Positions 1-13,100 of a stretch of 64,000 nucleotides of DNA are shown piece by piece; position 1 is the first letter of the stretch, and each line of letters starts with the position of its first letter. Where the stretch lies: IMG/VR virus record IMGVR_UViG_3300050501_000057, one strand, 5' to 3'. The position numbers and the translations under genes were made by a program. The notes beneath the pieces are model-generated. The model ran no database searches. It was not told the DNA's origin and saw nothing but the letters and a program-made list of their open reading frames with translations. The DNA is from a virus.

Positions 1-705
1 CGCTTCATCGCCATACGCGGGAGCGGATTTGCTAAGCTGCGACATATCTCCCGACTTGTCGCAACTCGGACACCACCAATAATCTTCGTGTGTCTTGTCG
101 TTGAATTTCTCGACCTGTGGAACGTTCGCGTAATCACCTTTACCCTTCTTGTTGTAATAGGTGTAGCGAAGATAGTTCCCTGCGAGGAATGCCGATTTAC
201 CTTCAGTCTGTCTGAAGGATTCTGGCATAAGCTTATCCTGCTTGCGGGAGAGAATAGCAGTCGCGTACCTTGCTGCGCCTTTCTTCTCAACCGTATCGTC
301 TCGCGGCGCGACCTTGAGGCGCGACCGCGAGCGACCCCATTCCTTAGCAAGAGACTTGACCATCGGTCGAATCTGATTGTTGATGAGCAACATCGCCGCG
401 TCTCGCGGTTCAAATGCGTCCGGGTCCATTGGTACCCAATCGCCGGTATGCGCAGACCAGAAACCACGCTGATTACCTCTGTAGTACATCATCAACTTGG
501 TTATCTTGCGGACTCGGCGCATTTCTTCTTCCTGATTCTCGCCGTCAATAACTTTGAGCATCAGTCTCGCCCACTCTGTAAAATCTACCTCGATAGTGTC
601 TTTGTCACTTCTCGCCCGGTCGTCCGCAGATTTCTTCAAGTCTTCCGCAGGGATGTTATCCACGTTAGGTTGATCATTCAGCGATGTGATCGCATTGTCA
701 ATCAT
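1..705 (-). CDS. Portal protein, P22-like (N-terminal part; runs off window start)
   Basis: Not in the ORF track. ATG at 705 opens a frame (MIDNAITSLND...YYRGNQ...LLINNQIRPMVKSLAKEW...) that stays open to position 1. The Y-x-G-x-Q and N-x-I-R-P-x-V pattern and the position after the terminase fit a podoviral portal. Confidence 0.75.
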   Translation of the reverse strand, partial: MIDNAITSLNDQPNVDNIPAEDLKKSADDRARSDKDTIEVDFTEWARLMLKVIDGENQEEEMRRVRKITKLMMYYRGNQRGFWSAHTGDWVPMDPDAFEPRDAAMLLINNQIRPMVKSLAKEWGRSRSRLKVAPRDDTVEKKGAARYATAILSRKQDKLMPESFRQTEGKSAFLAGNYLRYTYYNKKGKGDYANVPQVEKFNDKTHEDYWWCPSCDKSGDMSQLSKSAPAYGDEA

Positions 706-708
706 AGA

Positions 709-1209
709 TTACTCCGGTTTTTGCATTATGGACTTACCCATCTCGATCAAGAGTCTTTGCTTGGACTCACTGATCTTTACTTCTGTTGGTATGTCCGATG
801 TTTCAGATTCCGCTACCATCTCTTCTACAATTCGCTCTTGCTCTAAAGCTTGCTGAAGTTGTCGTTCTGCGAATTGATTCTCGTGTCTTTGCTTCGCTTC
901 TTTGTATAGATCATCAACCGTGCGGCGTATATTCTTCGGTCGAACTGTTTTTCCAAACACCTCATCATTGGCAACGACCTTCTTGCTACCGTCGCTTTCA
1001 AGCTCTCTTACGCCGTCGAACCAACCATCTTCCAAGTTACTCTCGCTATCAAGGTCTTCATAACCACTTGGTGTATATCGTGGTTGATCTAACTTGTTCT
1101 CTAACTGCCATACACGAAGGCGAAGTCTTTCGTTTTCGTCGTGTAGGAATCTTGTTACTCCGAAGAGTGACGCGATACCATATTTTACAAACAATTCTAC
1201 TATTTTCAT
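709..1209 (-). CDS. Hypothetical protein between terminase and portal
   Basis: 166-aa ORF tightly packed between terL and portal on the same strand. Confidence 0.7.
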   Translation of the reverse strand: MKIVELFVKYGIASLFGVTRFLHDENERLRLRVWQLENKLDQPRYTPSGYEDLDSESNLEDGWFDGVRELESDGSKKVVANDEVFGKTVRPKNIRRTVDDLYKEAKQRHENQFAERQLQQALEQERIVEEMVAESETSDIPTEVKISESKQRLLIEMGKSIMQKPE

Positions 1210-1215
1210 ACCTAC

Positions 1216-3414
1216 CTACCTTCTGTTAGCGCGTTCTCTCGCCAGTTTAAATACTCTGTCTCGCCTGCCGAGTCCTTGATTCTCCGAAGCAAGACGCTCT
1301 TTCAATCTATTTTCGTTGATATACATATTACGTGCGAACCAAAGTCTAGCACGTTCCTCCATATCGTGTTCCTTCAGAGCTTCCTCGGTGCGGTACTCTT
1401 TGGGTAACATCGCTTCCATTCGTTCTTGTGGTGATAACTGAGCTATCGGGGGAAATGTTATCGCCATACACCGTAAACAGTCCATAGCGTCATCGAACAT
1501 CTTCTCCGGTCTTTGTCGGCGTACTGGTTTACCCGCCTCACTCTTCGGATAGTGGTACACACCGAACTCTGCTCGCAGGCGCGCAAGACCGTGATCGTCA
1601 CTACCCGGTCGAACCTGCCATTTATTCGTGTACCTATCGAAGTAGCATTCACCCTGATTGTCGTCAACGACGATATAAATATTCGGACGACCTTTGATGA
1701 ACGGCGCACCCGTGGTTCTGTTTATTCTGAATGGATGTGGTTGATGAACATACTGAACCTCAAGATAATCGCGTACCTGTGCAATACCGCCGTTATAGTC
1801 GGTATCCCACGCTTTGTAGTACAAGTTATGCTCCTGCTCATAGGTGTCGCGCTCCGACAAAGCTTCGTGAGACATCAACTCATCTATCATTCTCGCTTGT
1901 TCGTTTTCGGGGAACTGTAATTTGTGTACTTCCTTAGCGACCGCCCGCACCGTGGAGTGCGGCGGCGCGGTGTACATCCGATACACAAATACACTACCGC
2001 TGATGTCTATTCCGTGTGTCCTAGTCGTCGTACCTTTCTTGGCAGTAGCGAACCACATTGTTATGTTAGCGTGCTCTCCCCCGCTATCGCTGCTCCCCCA
2101 ATCGTGCGCTCTACCAAGATTCCAATCGGTCGGTATTCTGAAATGACGTTCTCCGTCGTCGTCTATGCGAATAGCTCCCGCGATCTCCCGCATAAAATCG
2201 CTCTTGGTGATTACGTGATAAACCTCGTTGTAATGCGGGTAGACCTTCCCTGGTTGCGAAGCGTCGTAGTCAATATCCAACTCCTGAGCGACCATCTCAG
2301 GCGACATACGAAGCTTCTGACCGGCATACCATCGAGCATCTTTGAACGGGTGTTTAGTCCAATGGAACGACCGAACAGGTATATCTCCCGCGAATCGAAG
2401 CTGCGCAAAATGATTCAGCTTACCTTTCGGCGTACTGATAAACAATCTGCTATTCGCCGACTGCGTTGACGCCGTGTAAGAGCTAACGTCCTGCTCGATT
2501 GAAGCGTATTCGTCAAAGAATATGACGGTGAACCGTCCAGACCTTCCAGTCTCGGCGTTGGCAGTTGTCCCGGTTATTGTGGATTTATTCTCCGGGTTTA
2601 TCACCGTCATATAGGTCATATGCTTCTTCGAGTCGAACTCTGCCGGGAGCATCCACGAAGGAAGCAAACGAATTTGACTTCTGATCTTCTCGAAGATCGT
2701 ACTAGCGACGTTCGCCTTGTCTACTTCATCGGCGCGATAGCTAGTAATCAACGCCTCGAACTTTGTACCCTCACGAGGGAATAACCAGTAGTAGACGAAC
2801 ATACAGACTATCAACCAAGTAACGCCCATATCGCGCGACTTATCTATCAGTCCGTCAGACCGCATCGTAAATATCAGTTCGTCTATCCATTGAACCGACT
2901 CTTTTTGAAACTCGAACAACTCGAAAGGGAAGGTGTACAAGAGAGAGTTACGAGGATCTACGATCCACGCGTAATTCTCGAACCAGTACATAATGTCATC
3001 CGCACATTTCTTCATCTCTTCTTTTTGCTTCGCGGGAGATTTGAGCAATTTGAAGAGACGTTCCTTGCGGCGAAAAGCTTCTTTAGACGAACGCCGGATA
3101 AGTTGTTCGAGTGACCACTTGCTGAATTCCAGGTAATCAACTCTTACGCCGGTTTTGAAATCTTCGGGAGCGTCCTTCTTCAGCTTATCTATCGCCTTGT
3201 TTACCTTCTCGAACTCTCCCGGAATCTTCGCGGGAGCATCTAAACACAGGTCCAATGACGCGAACAGCGCCGCGTCATTGGACGACATAGAAGCATAGGT
3301 CTTCGCGCGAGTCTTCAACTCCCGCAACTTGAGCTTCAACCGGAGAAGGTCAATATCCTCTTTCGTCGGAGACGAGTTTGTTATTTGCTTTATTGAAAGC
3401 TCTTCGTATTTCAT
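1216..3414 (-). CDS. terL: Terminase large subunit
   Basis: Walker A-like DKSRDMGVTW, GRSGR, Walker B IFFDEYA, coupling motif FISTPKG, C-terminal nuclease motif DDAMDCLR. Confidence 0.93.
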   Translation of the reverse strand: MKYEELSIKQITNSSPTKEDIDLLRLKLKLRELKTRAKTYASMSSNDAALFASLDLCLDAPAKIPGEFEKVNKAIDKLKKDAPEDFKTGVRVDYLEFSKWSLEQLIRRSSKEAFRRKERLFKLLKSPAKQKEEMKKCADDIMYWFENYAWIVDPRNSLLYTFPFELFEFQKESVQWIDELIFTMRSDGLIDKSRDMGVTWLIVCMFVYYWLFPREGTKFEALITSYRADEVDKANVASTIFEKIRSQIRLLPSWMLPAEFDSKKHMTYMTVINPENKSTITGTTANAETGRSGRFTVIFFDEYASIEQDVSSYTASTQSANSRLFISTPKGKLNHFAQLRFAGDIPVRSFHWTKHPFKDARWYAGQKLRMSPEMVAQELDIDYDASQPGKVYPHYNEVYHVITKSDFMREIAGAIRIDDDGERHFRIPTDWNLGRAHDWGSSDSGGEHANITMWFATAKKGTTTRTHGIDISGSVFVYRMYTAPPHSTVRAVAKEVHKLQFPENEQARMIDELMSHEALSERDTYEQEHNLYYKAWDTDYNGGIAQVRDYLEVQYVHQPHPFRINRTTGAPFIKGRPNIYIVVDDNQGECYFDRYTNKWQVRPGSDDHGLARLRAEFGVYHYPKSEAGKPVRRQRPEKMFDDAMDCLRCMAITFPPIAQLSPQERMEAMLPKEYRTEEALKEHDMEERARLWFARNMYINENRLKERLASENQGLGRRDRVFKLARERANRR

Positions 3415-4130
3415 TACATTTCGTACTCGGTTTTAAGTTGAGTGAACGCTTCGAGAGTGTTCTCATCCGGCGTCTTACCCTTCGCTATGTCGGTCGAAAG
3501 TCTGCGAATGATCTCCAACTCACTCTCGCCGGTCGCAGTCTTGATCTCGGCGACGTGCTCCCGAATGACTTCTTTGAGTTCTTCGATTTCACGCTGAGCT
3601 TTGATCTCGTGCTCCTGGACAGTCTTTTGGGAGTCGAGGTCTTTCATCATTGCGTTAAGTTCCTTGACCGCTTGAATGACAGCGTTGTGATCCTTGCGCA
3701 TCACAACTTCGCCTTCTTTATCCACTCCGACCGGCGTACCTTCTGTAGCGTCATATATGACTTGCTGCAACACCCTGATACGAACTGAAGGGAGCATCAT
3801 ATGAAGCTCGGAACGAAGTTCCTTCTCCCGCTGAGCTATCTCGGCGAGATACCGTTTTTTGTAGCTCATTATCGAGCTTATGCTGATGACCCGTTCATCT
3901 GTCGCTCCATAGCGTTCTTTCAACAGATTAACTATGTGAGTCGGAGAGTATCCCAACGCCGCACAGTCAATAATGAATTTGATATGGTCTGGTCGCTCGT
4001 CGTAGGTTTTCGCCGGTCTTCCCGGTCTACGCTTGCCCTCTTCACCTTTGGTCAATAGCTTCTCGACGCGTTTCTCTACTGTCTTCTTCTTCGGTTTTCT
4101 TCCACGAGGTTTTACTACATTATTGCGCAT
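3414..4130 (-). CDS. Putative terminase small subunit (HTH-like, coiled coil)
   Basis: Immediately upstream of terL with 1-nt overlap; basic N-terminus with PGRP motif and an HTH-like segment. Confidence 0.6.
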   Translation of the reverse strand: MRNNVVKPRGRKPKKKTVEKRVEKLLTKGEEGKRRPGRPAKTYDERPDHIKFIIDCAALGYSPTHIVNLLKERYGATDERVISISSIMSYKKRYLAEIAQREKELRSELHMMLPSVRIRVLQQVIYDATEGTPVGVDKEGEVVMRKDHNAVIQAVKELNAMMKDLDSQKTVQEHEIKAQREIEELKEVIREHVAEIKTATGESELEIIRRLSTDIAKGKTPDENTLEAFTQLKTEYEM

Positions 4131-4152
4131 AACTTCTCTCCTAGTTCGCTCG

Positions 4153-7100
4153 CTATTCGTCTGATAATCCCGCCTTGATGATCTGCGAGTACTTGCTTGA
4201 TATCCTATTTTTGTATTGCTTCTTCTGTTGCGGCGTTAGTGTCTTGTCCTTCTCCACGTCTGCTCTCTGTTTCCATTTGTCTAGCGTCAGGTTGACGATT
4301 TCTTGTAACTCGGCGTCACTCACCTTCTCTCCCGTTTTAATCGCTCTCCGAGCGAGCGCCGCCGAGTCATCAAGAATCTCTTTACGTTCTTCCACCGGAG
4401 CAGTGGAAGGGTACTTGGTATCGTTGACGAGTTCTGTAAACACTCTGTCAATCAATACCTGAGTTTGTTTCTTACGCGCTTGGAAGTCCGCGACAGATTC
4501 ACCCTTCTTCGTATCGCGCTTCGGCGGAGTCATTGACCATCCAGTCTTCGCCGCTTCCTGCGTTACCGCGTTAGTCGTGTCCTGCTTTGTATTGAACGGG
4601 TCGAATCCGAGAGGTTGCTGAAGCTCCCGACCGAACACGTCAGTCTTAGCGGGTAGCGTCTGTCTATTGAAGTTCGGATTCAGCGGCGTCTTAGGTAAAC
4701 GCGCTTGCACTTCCTTCTTGATTGACTCTTTCAGACCTTCGCCCTTCTGCTCACGCTGTACTTTGTCTTGTACCGCCGCAGCTTCGCTCACAATCGCCGG
4801 TACTAAACTACCCGCGCCTATGAGTCTCTTCGCGTAGCTCTGCGCCTGCTTCGGATTCAAGAACTCGTCTGCGGTACGCGCCATCGGTAGACCGTCAGTA
4901 ACGAGCGTGCTAAAGAGTCTCAGATAAGCATCCACCCTAGTATTTTCGCCGGATAGTTCCTTATTTTGCGCACGGAACGCTGATGCTCCCGCGAGCATCA
5001 TCGTTCCGATTGGGGAGATAGCGCGAATATCAATCCAATGATTGCCGAGCTTCATATGTCCCGGTCCTGCGCCTTGAGCTATCCTGCGCTGTCTTTCCTT
5101 CTCGTCTTCGTCGCCGAATCCGTACATCAATCCAGCGGCGGCGAGCTTGTATCCGATGATAGAAAGAGTCAGACCGACCAGACCTCTACCGGCAGCTTCT
5201 ACTATTGCGGCGCGTGTGTCCGGGTCGTCAATCGCTTTCCAAGCTTTCTGCTTCAGCTTCTTGAAGTCCGCCTTGCTTATATCACGAAGCGTTTCTTTAC
5301 TGAGCGCGGTTGTAGCTTTAACAGCACTACCAATGAGAAGGTAATCCATTGTTTGAAGAAATATGTTGCTACCCGTTTTGATAAACGGGAGTTCGTAGTC
5401 GAGAACATATTTGATAACCTCCGACCGATTACCTTTCCATCGCTGGTATCCGGTATTGATGAAGTTGTCGTTCTGGAACACGGCGAACTCCGCAGCGCGC
5501 CACGCCATATCACTTTGAGCGACTGTTGGATTAGCTAGAACGTCGGCGATCTTTCGTCCGCCGTTCTTGTTCTCCAACCACGCGACCTCATACATAGCGC
5601 GGTTGTACGCATAAGTTCTGAACACCGCGTCCTGCGCCGCCTGGAAGCGAAACACGTACTTTGCGAAGTTCCCGACCGTAGCGTTGAGGACTCTCGCTCC
5701 CGCCTTACCTCCGGTCATCCACGACGGCGTAACGTGTGGATCGTATCCGAGATTGAATGTCTCATACGTCGCTCCGGTGTTACCCTTTACTATCGTATCC
5801 TTGAACGCCTTGAATCCTTCGGGAAGACTCTTTATTCCGTTCCATATTCCTCGCGCTGATATACCTTGTACGGTTCTATCCTTATCGGTAGACATCAGCG
5901 ATAACGCCATATCAAGCGGCGTAGCTCCGCGTTTCAATTCTTCTGCGATCAGATGCGCCAAGTTTGATATGCTGTTACGACCAGCGGTCTTGATACCCGA
6001 AAGCATTCCCGCTCTACGAGCGTTGAGTAAGAACTCGAAGATGTTCATCGAGCTTACGTTGTCAACGAAGTTTTGCAGATCATCAATAGCTTTATCGTGC
6101 TCAGTCTTATTGGTCGCTCTAAAACCTTGTTGCAGCAAATTGTAGAGGTCGCTCTTCTCGTTCTGATCAAGAGGTTCCCCCTTCGCCCATTCCGCGTGTC
6201 TCTCCCATTCCTTCGCGTCGTAAGTCAGAAGCTTGCGGTTGATGATCTGTTTGCGCGAGGTCGCCGAAAGACCGATGCGCGCAGGTAGCGCCATTTGTCT
6301 TACGAAGAAGTTTTCGTTTTCGTGTTTCGCCTGCTCACCACCCGCTATTCTGATTCGATCACCCATAGGCGACGACGCTTGAAAGTCGTTGATAACCTTA
6401 TCGCGGACTTGTGCGGCGCCGCTGATGTCCGCGACCATCTCTTTACTTACTTGCTTCTCCGCCGCTTGAGCGAAATCAATCGTACCGCTGTCTTCCGCTC
6501 CCGCGAGTTTCCAAATGTCTTTCTCGGAATACCAGAGAATAGCTTGCACATCTGCGGGAGTAATTTTGTTCTCGTGTCGTTTGTTATACTCGTTCGCTAT
6601 TCCCTGCATTGCGCCGCGAATGATGTCTCCATCCGTTCCGTTTACCGGCGTGTCCTGTGTTCCCTTCGGTGTAGTCGGATTGAGTAGACCGCCGTTGAGA
6701 CGATAGAACCAGCGGGACGCCCACATATCAACCGTAACAAGCTGAGAGAATCCTGCTATGTTGAGGAAGAATGCTCCGATCTTCGGACCTAAGACTTCTG
6801 TCGCTTTGTACGGATCATTCTCCGTGCTACCAGGAGATAACAGATATTCAAACACCCCGCCTATGTGACCGTACTTCTCAATCGCTTTCTCAAGCTCAGG
6901 ATCTTTCTTGTACCATTGCTGCGCTCCGTTGATCTTCTCGAACTCGTCAGTCTTCTTCAGTTCAACACCCTGCTTCTTCAGTTGCTTCTGTTCGTAGCTC
7001 CCGACCGGGACATACCCTTGCGTCAGAAAGTTGAACTTCTCAAGCTGTGGACCGAAGCGACCGTAGTTACTGCGCTCGACTATTTCACCCTTTTCTTTGT

Positions 7101-10100
7101 AAATAGTCGGAGTCTTCAGTTTAGTCGGGTACACTCTGTCGGTACCGTCTCTTCCAAGCTCGAACTCTTCAATCATTCGACGCCAGATATCCACCGCATA
7201 TTTATAGTTTTCCCTGACCTTGTTACCCTGTGAACTCATCGCAAGCGTAAGGTCGAACAATGCTCTCAACTGCGGGTGGTTCATCACCTCCGGGAAAGCT
7301 TGACCGGTAATCTCGTGCATCTTCTTGATTGACGCCGCGTACCAGGAAAGACCTGTATCCTGCTCTCCTTGTCGCTGACCCTGACCGCTCAAAGCTCTAC
7401 GCACTACCGCCAATCCGTCGCGCACAGCACGGCGCGCACGGATGGCGTTAGCGTCTTCGTCGGACAGTTTCTTGGTAGAAAAATCACCATATATTTCTGC
7501 CGTAGTTCCTTGTAAGAAATGCGCGACAACTATGTTTTGATTCTGTCCGATCTTGTCTTGATTGTTCATCAACCAATCGTGGAGATCGTTAGTCGTCGCC
7601 TTCGCTCGCTGCGTGAAGCTCTTCTTATACAGGTCGGTCAATTCCTGAATCTGTCTCTTCTCCGCCGCATCCTGCTTACGCTTCGATTGATAGACATCTC
7701 CGACGTTAAAAGTTACAACACCATTCGGAAGCTTTACTCTCACGCCGTCAGTTACGTCGAACTCGACTTTATTTTCTCGACTATAGTTCTCGCTACCGAT
7801 GCGACCGAGAGTAGTATTGCGAGTGAAAGGCGCTCTATAACTTCCCGAATCACCGATAAGAACACGACCAGTCTTATACCTTGCTCCCAATCTGATAGCG
7901 TTAGCGATGTCGAATTGAGAGTTGAGAACAATAAACACGCCGTCGTTAGCATCATAGGTTTTGTACCCCATCGAATTAAGCTCACGCTTCAACGCCTGAG
8001 TACGTCTCTTACTTCCTCCCGTCATTACGGCGAAGCGACCATCAGTAATGACCTTCTTCGCGTCACCGACCGTAACCGCGTCTCTGTCCTTGCGGTTGAT
8101 CTCGATCAACTTGCTTTCGACCTTATCATCTGCGGTGACAGCTTTCGGTATCTCTCCCTCGAATCCGTTGTCTATCGGTTGCGTGCGAAGGTCGCGGAAG
8201 TTGGATGAAGTAGTAGATAGAACCAGCGAATTAGGGTCTTTCTCAAATTTCTTCGATTTCTCTTCATTGCGTTTATCCACCTTTCTCAAAAAGCTTCGTT
8301 CTTCTGGATTGAAATCTCCGTTATTAAATGGCGACTTCACTTGTTCTGGTTTCCACACGATGTAATGTTCAGTGAGCATACCCCGGTCGTCGTACTTCAC
8401 ATCTTGCATAAAGCGCATATCGCCGAAGTATTCGTCAGCTATCATCTTCACGCCGTCGAATCCTGACGCTTCTATAGCTCTGCGAAGTATCTCCCCATTC
8501 GGAGAGGTTCCAGGTTCGATAACGTCGAAATCGAGGTATTCTTCCATATAACTCTCGATCATCGCGTCTTTCGCTGCATCGAAAGCTTGTCTATGGGTAA
8601 CGCTCCCGCCTTCGTACCAAAGCTCATCAGGTAAATTCTCTATGAACTTCGCCTTGACCTTCTCCGCCATAGCAACGTCTGTGAAATCGTTTACTGCTTC
8701 ATAGAAGTTATCTATAAAGTCAATGAGTGTACCTGTAGGTTCTCCCGTTTCTAGTTCATCAGCACCTTCTTCGGAAATTACTTCAACATCAGCGTGTAGG
8801 CGCTTCTCTCGCGGAACATTCTTACTGATGTCGAATAAATTCTTTGCGCTGATATACGCGGGGATTACGACTACTTCAGCTTTACCCGTCATCTCGCGCT
8901 TGATCTTATCTCTAAACAAGTCGTCGTCTTTGAGTTCTTGTATCTGTCCTTCCAGGTCTTCGCGCTCTTCATCACTCTCGGCGTCTTCCAACTGCGAGCG
9001 CAGTTCATCGAGTTGATACTCTCGCTCGCTCTCCGAATTCTCTATTCTGGACGAGATTCTATTAGTCAAATCCGCGCCGTCGTGACCATAGTTACCTGCG
9101 GCGTCACGCGCGTTTGTGCTGAAGTAGAACGCCTGACCTACGAAGTTCTCTATGCTGGCGTTCTTCTTATTGAATATCTCAAAGTCGTGAGTAGTTCCGT
9201 GATACGTGATCAGCGGAGAACCATCTTCGTCAACGACCTCACTATCTCCGAACCACTTCTTGAAATTCGCTTCACGGGTGTTTACTTCTTCACGATCACC
9301 TCGCGCTACCGCTCGCAGAATATCAGACACAGGATTCGTGCGAACCGTCACCGAGTTGAAGTAGTCCTTACCGATCTTGAGCAACTTCTCCCGCGCTTTG
9401 TCGTTTAATTGGTTCGCATTATCAATTCGATGCGGAAACACTCTTCCCGTATCCACGAGTTCTTTTAGAACGTCGTGAAACTTTTCGAGTCGTAGTTCGA
9501 GAAACTTATCCCTAAGCTCTTCGATAGATACTGGACCTTCGCCCTTCGTTAGCTCTCTAACGCCGGTGAAGAGTCGGTCTGCTCTTGTTTCTTCGGCGTG
9601 GAGGATGTCTCGCTGTCCTTGAGGTACTGCTTTGCTTGGTCCTTTTTCCCCGACCTGACTAGCGCCAGCACCTTTGCCAACCGCTTTTGCGCGAACTGCT
9701 TGTTTCGGTTCTTCATTTATATCTCTCCGTGACGCCTCTTTCATTATGGCGTCGAAATTGATCAACGCGTTTTCCGCGATGGTCTGTATGTCTTCGTTAG
9801 GGAATGCGTTGTTTAGCTCACTAGCTACTTCTACCAACGCGTCGTAGAGCAAATCGGGAGAAACGCCGAGGGAATCGTGATCACCCGTAGCTCCGTATGC
9901 GAGCACTTCTTGTAAGAAGTCGCGGGGATTTATATCCGTGAACTCTTCCCGAATAGTTTTGTCTTTTGAGGTCTGTAAATCGTTTAGTAGATTTCTAGTC
10001 GCGGTTCCGTCGCGGTAAAGGCGACGGATCGCGTCATCAGATACTTGTTTATCGAGAGCGACCGTGTGTATAGCTTCGTGCGCTCCTGCTACTGCGGCGT

Positions 10101-13100
10101 CATCATTCCTCACAGGGACTATCGCCGCTCCCGCGCGACCTTCAGCGGCGTTTTCCAACTGCTTCGCCACTCGTTTTAAACCCGCTTCGCGGAGTTCTTT
10201 TGCGATCTGAGGTACTTTGTCGCCTTTTACGGTGAGTCCTCTGTCTACTGACACCTCTAAAGCGTCCTCAATGGCGCTTCTAGCGTTGTCATTGACGTAA
10301 ATTACACCGTCCGCCCTATGAGACGCCTGCTTAGTCTCGGAAAAGTCGCCTAAACCGAGTTTTATGCGAATTCCGGTAGGTAATTTGACCTTCCCGGAGG
10401 GCGTTAAACGGCGTTCTTTGACTGTTTCGACCTGACTACGATCAACTTCACGCGGAGCATTCTCTCCCGCGACCTGGACAGTCAATCTGTCGCCATTTTC
10501 TTCGAGAATAGCGACCGGTTGCTGACTATTCCGCATATACCCGCGCTGAACCTGTTCTGCTTCGCGTCTACGGTACTCGTCAATAAGGAAATTACGCGCC
10601 TTCTTGCGCTCTTCAACGGCGTTGCGGAGTTGTTTCTTCTTCTCGTCAACAGACAGCTTGCTATTTTGCACTCTTGCCGTCGTAGTTTCGTAATTAAGGT
10701 CTGCTTGGTCCCACTTCGCAGCGATATCCTTCGGAAGAGTAATCCCCACTCGACCTACTTTGACCTTCTTCTCACCCTCTTTGATACTCTTCTGTTCCTT
10801 CTGGTACTGCTCTGAGGTCGTCTCAGCTTCCGCCGCTTCTTCCGCAGTCTGCGCAGTAGCTACTTTTCCTTCTTTCGCTTCTTCGAGAAACTTTCCGACC
10901 TCCCGCTCGTTCGCTACAAGCTGCGGATTCGCCTCAAATTCCTTGTTGGTCATACTCTGAATGGATGCCGAGTAGTCGCCTGTCTCTCCGGGAACAGTCG
11001 GGGTCTTCGATGGAGCGGCGAAGTTCTCGCCGATCACCTTCGCCAACGCCTGTTGTTCCTCAGTCGTGAGCTTCGATACTCTCTCGAACGCCGCCTGAGC
11101 GAATTCACCCTCTGTAGTTCCCTGAATCTTCTTCACGAAGCGCCGGTCAGCTTGTCTGAACAAGCTTCGGATCTCTTTCTCGTCGGTCGTAGCAAGCTTG
11201 TCATACGCCGACTCAAGATGACGCGACTCAGTGTCGGTCAACGAAGCTTCACGCTCAGCTTGCTTCTGTTCTCCCGCGCTTAGTACGACCCCGGATTTGG
11301 TATTGCTGGATTTTTCCCCGGTTTGTACTTTCGCTGCTTCTTCGCCGGTTTTGCTTCCTGCTTCTTGGGAGACGCTTTCCGCTTCGCTGCTCCCTCCTTC
11401 ACTTCCGCGTGGTGTTTGAAGTACTCCACTTGCTGAAGTCGGTTCACCGCTTCTTCCTTCGACAGATTCGGTTTCGATAGGTTCTTCCCCGACTCGCTCG
11501 TCACCTTGTACCCCGCTGACGTTTTCTTGATCATTGGTCTTTTCTCCCGCCGTGACTAGCTTACCCTTCTCCATACGAACGGTTTGCTCGCCACGTAAAT
11601 ACGCCGCTGTCTGCTCCGCAGTCATCTTAGGAAGAGCTACCTTCCCGACGCCTTTGAAGTCATTCAACGCCGAATCAAAGTCTTCGCTGGTCATAGATAC
11701 GAAAGGTATTCCACCTTTTTGCGCTTGCAATGCGTACTTCAGAACCAACGGGTGTTGTGGATCAATCTCCACAAGACTAACGTTCTCTCCCTGCTTAATA
11801 ACTCCCTGGAAGCGTATTTGTCCGTCTTCTCCCTGCGTCACGCCGAGAAAAGAACGTAATTCAGTAGGAACCGAACCACCTTCACCAACACCCTTCATCT
11901 GGTACCCTCCTTCGTGAGTACCCTTATGCGATCCTTCTCCCAACTCGAACGCCGCTCCGATAATCAAATTACTGAGCGCGTTCTCCCATTGAGGTACCTG
12001 ACCTTTAGCAATCTCTACGAAAGCATCTCCCGCGACTTCACCGATTCCGCCGCTCGCCATAGCTCCGCCTTTCGCGGCGAGTAACCCTACATCCTTCCCC
12101 GCGATCAGTCCTTTAAACGCCGTACCGAATGGAAGCTCTACGATTGATGACGCCACGGATTCAAGGAATTGATCCATAGGTTTGTCGGCGTCGCGTATTG
12201 CAGTGCTGTATATCAATCCTGCCGGTCCCATAACCGCGCCGCCCATCATATACACGGGAGAATAGACCACTTCCTTCATTGCTGCTTCCGCCATACGAGC
12301 GACGAAGCGACGACCCGAAGGAGTCTTCGCTTCGAGCGCGCCTTTTAACAAGCGAGCTTGCATCGCCTCCCGCGCTTTCTGACCTACGTACTCTCTTTTA
12401 CCCTTCTCGTCGGTGATAGCGTCAACGAGCGGAGCTTCTACGATCTGCTCGATGTTCATACCAGTACGCAACAGTTCGTTGATACCTCTCGCGGTACCTC
12501 TCTTGATCGCGTCTGTTAAGTCTTCGGTCAGCGTCTTCGGATACCTGGCGTCGAGTTCCGCTTGTAGCTCCGCCGCTCTTACGTCGTCTTTCGCCGCTTT
12601 CGCTTCTGATATCGCTTTCGAGTACTCTTCTTCAGCTACTCCCCGCTCGCTGTCTGCCATCTCCTGACGCATTCTTGCCGTTTCTCTCGCGTATTCACTA
12701 ACACCACCTTTAGCGAGAGCATTTATCCTATTCACTACCCAATTCTGAACCGGAACGTTACCTTCCGCGATAAACTTGTCTCCGACCTGACTGATGCGCA
12801 TAGCTCCCGACTCTATTTGACGCTTCAACCACTTCTCTCCCTCGTCAGGATCTAGGAATTCTCCCGGATTTTCCCCGGTCGCTTGTCTGAACGCCGCTGG
12901 AAGAGACGTATCTCCCGTGAGAGCGATAGTAACTGCGTCTCGTACCTCATCAGCGGTCAAATGCGGATTACCTTGCGCGTCTTTCTTTATCTCGAATGTC
13001 ACTGGAACGCTTCTATTGATCTTGTGCGGATGACTCGCGGGAGTAACTACGCCCATCTTTCCGCGTATCTCTTCATCGAGAGCTACCATAGCAGGGTCTA

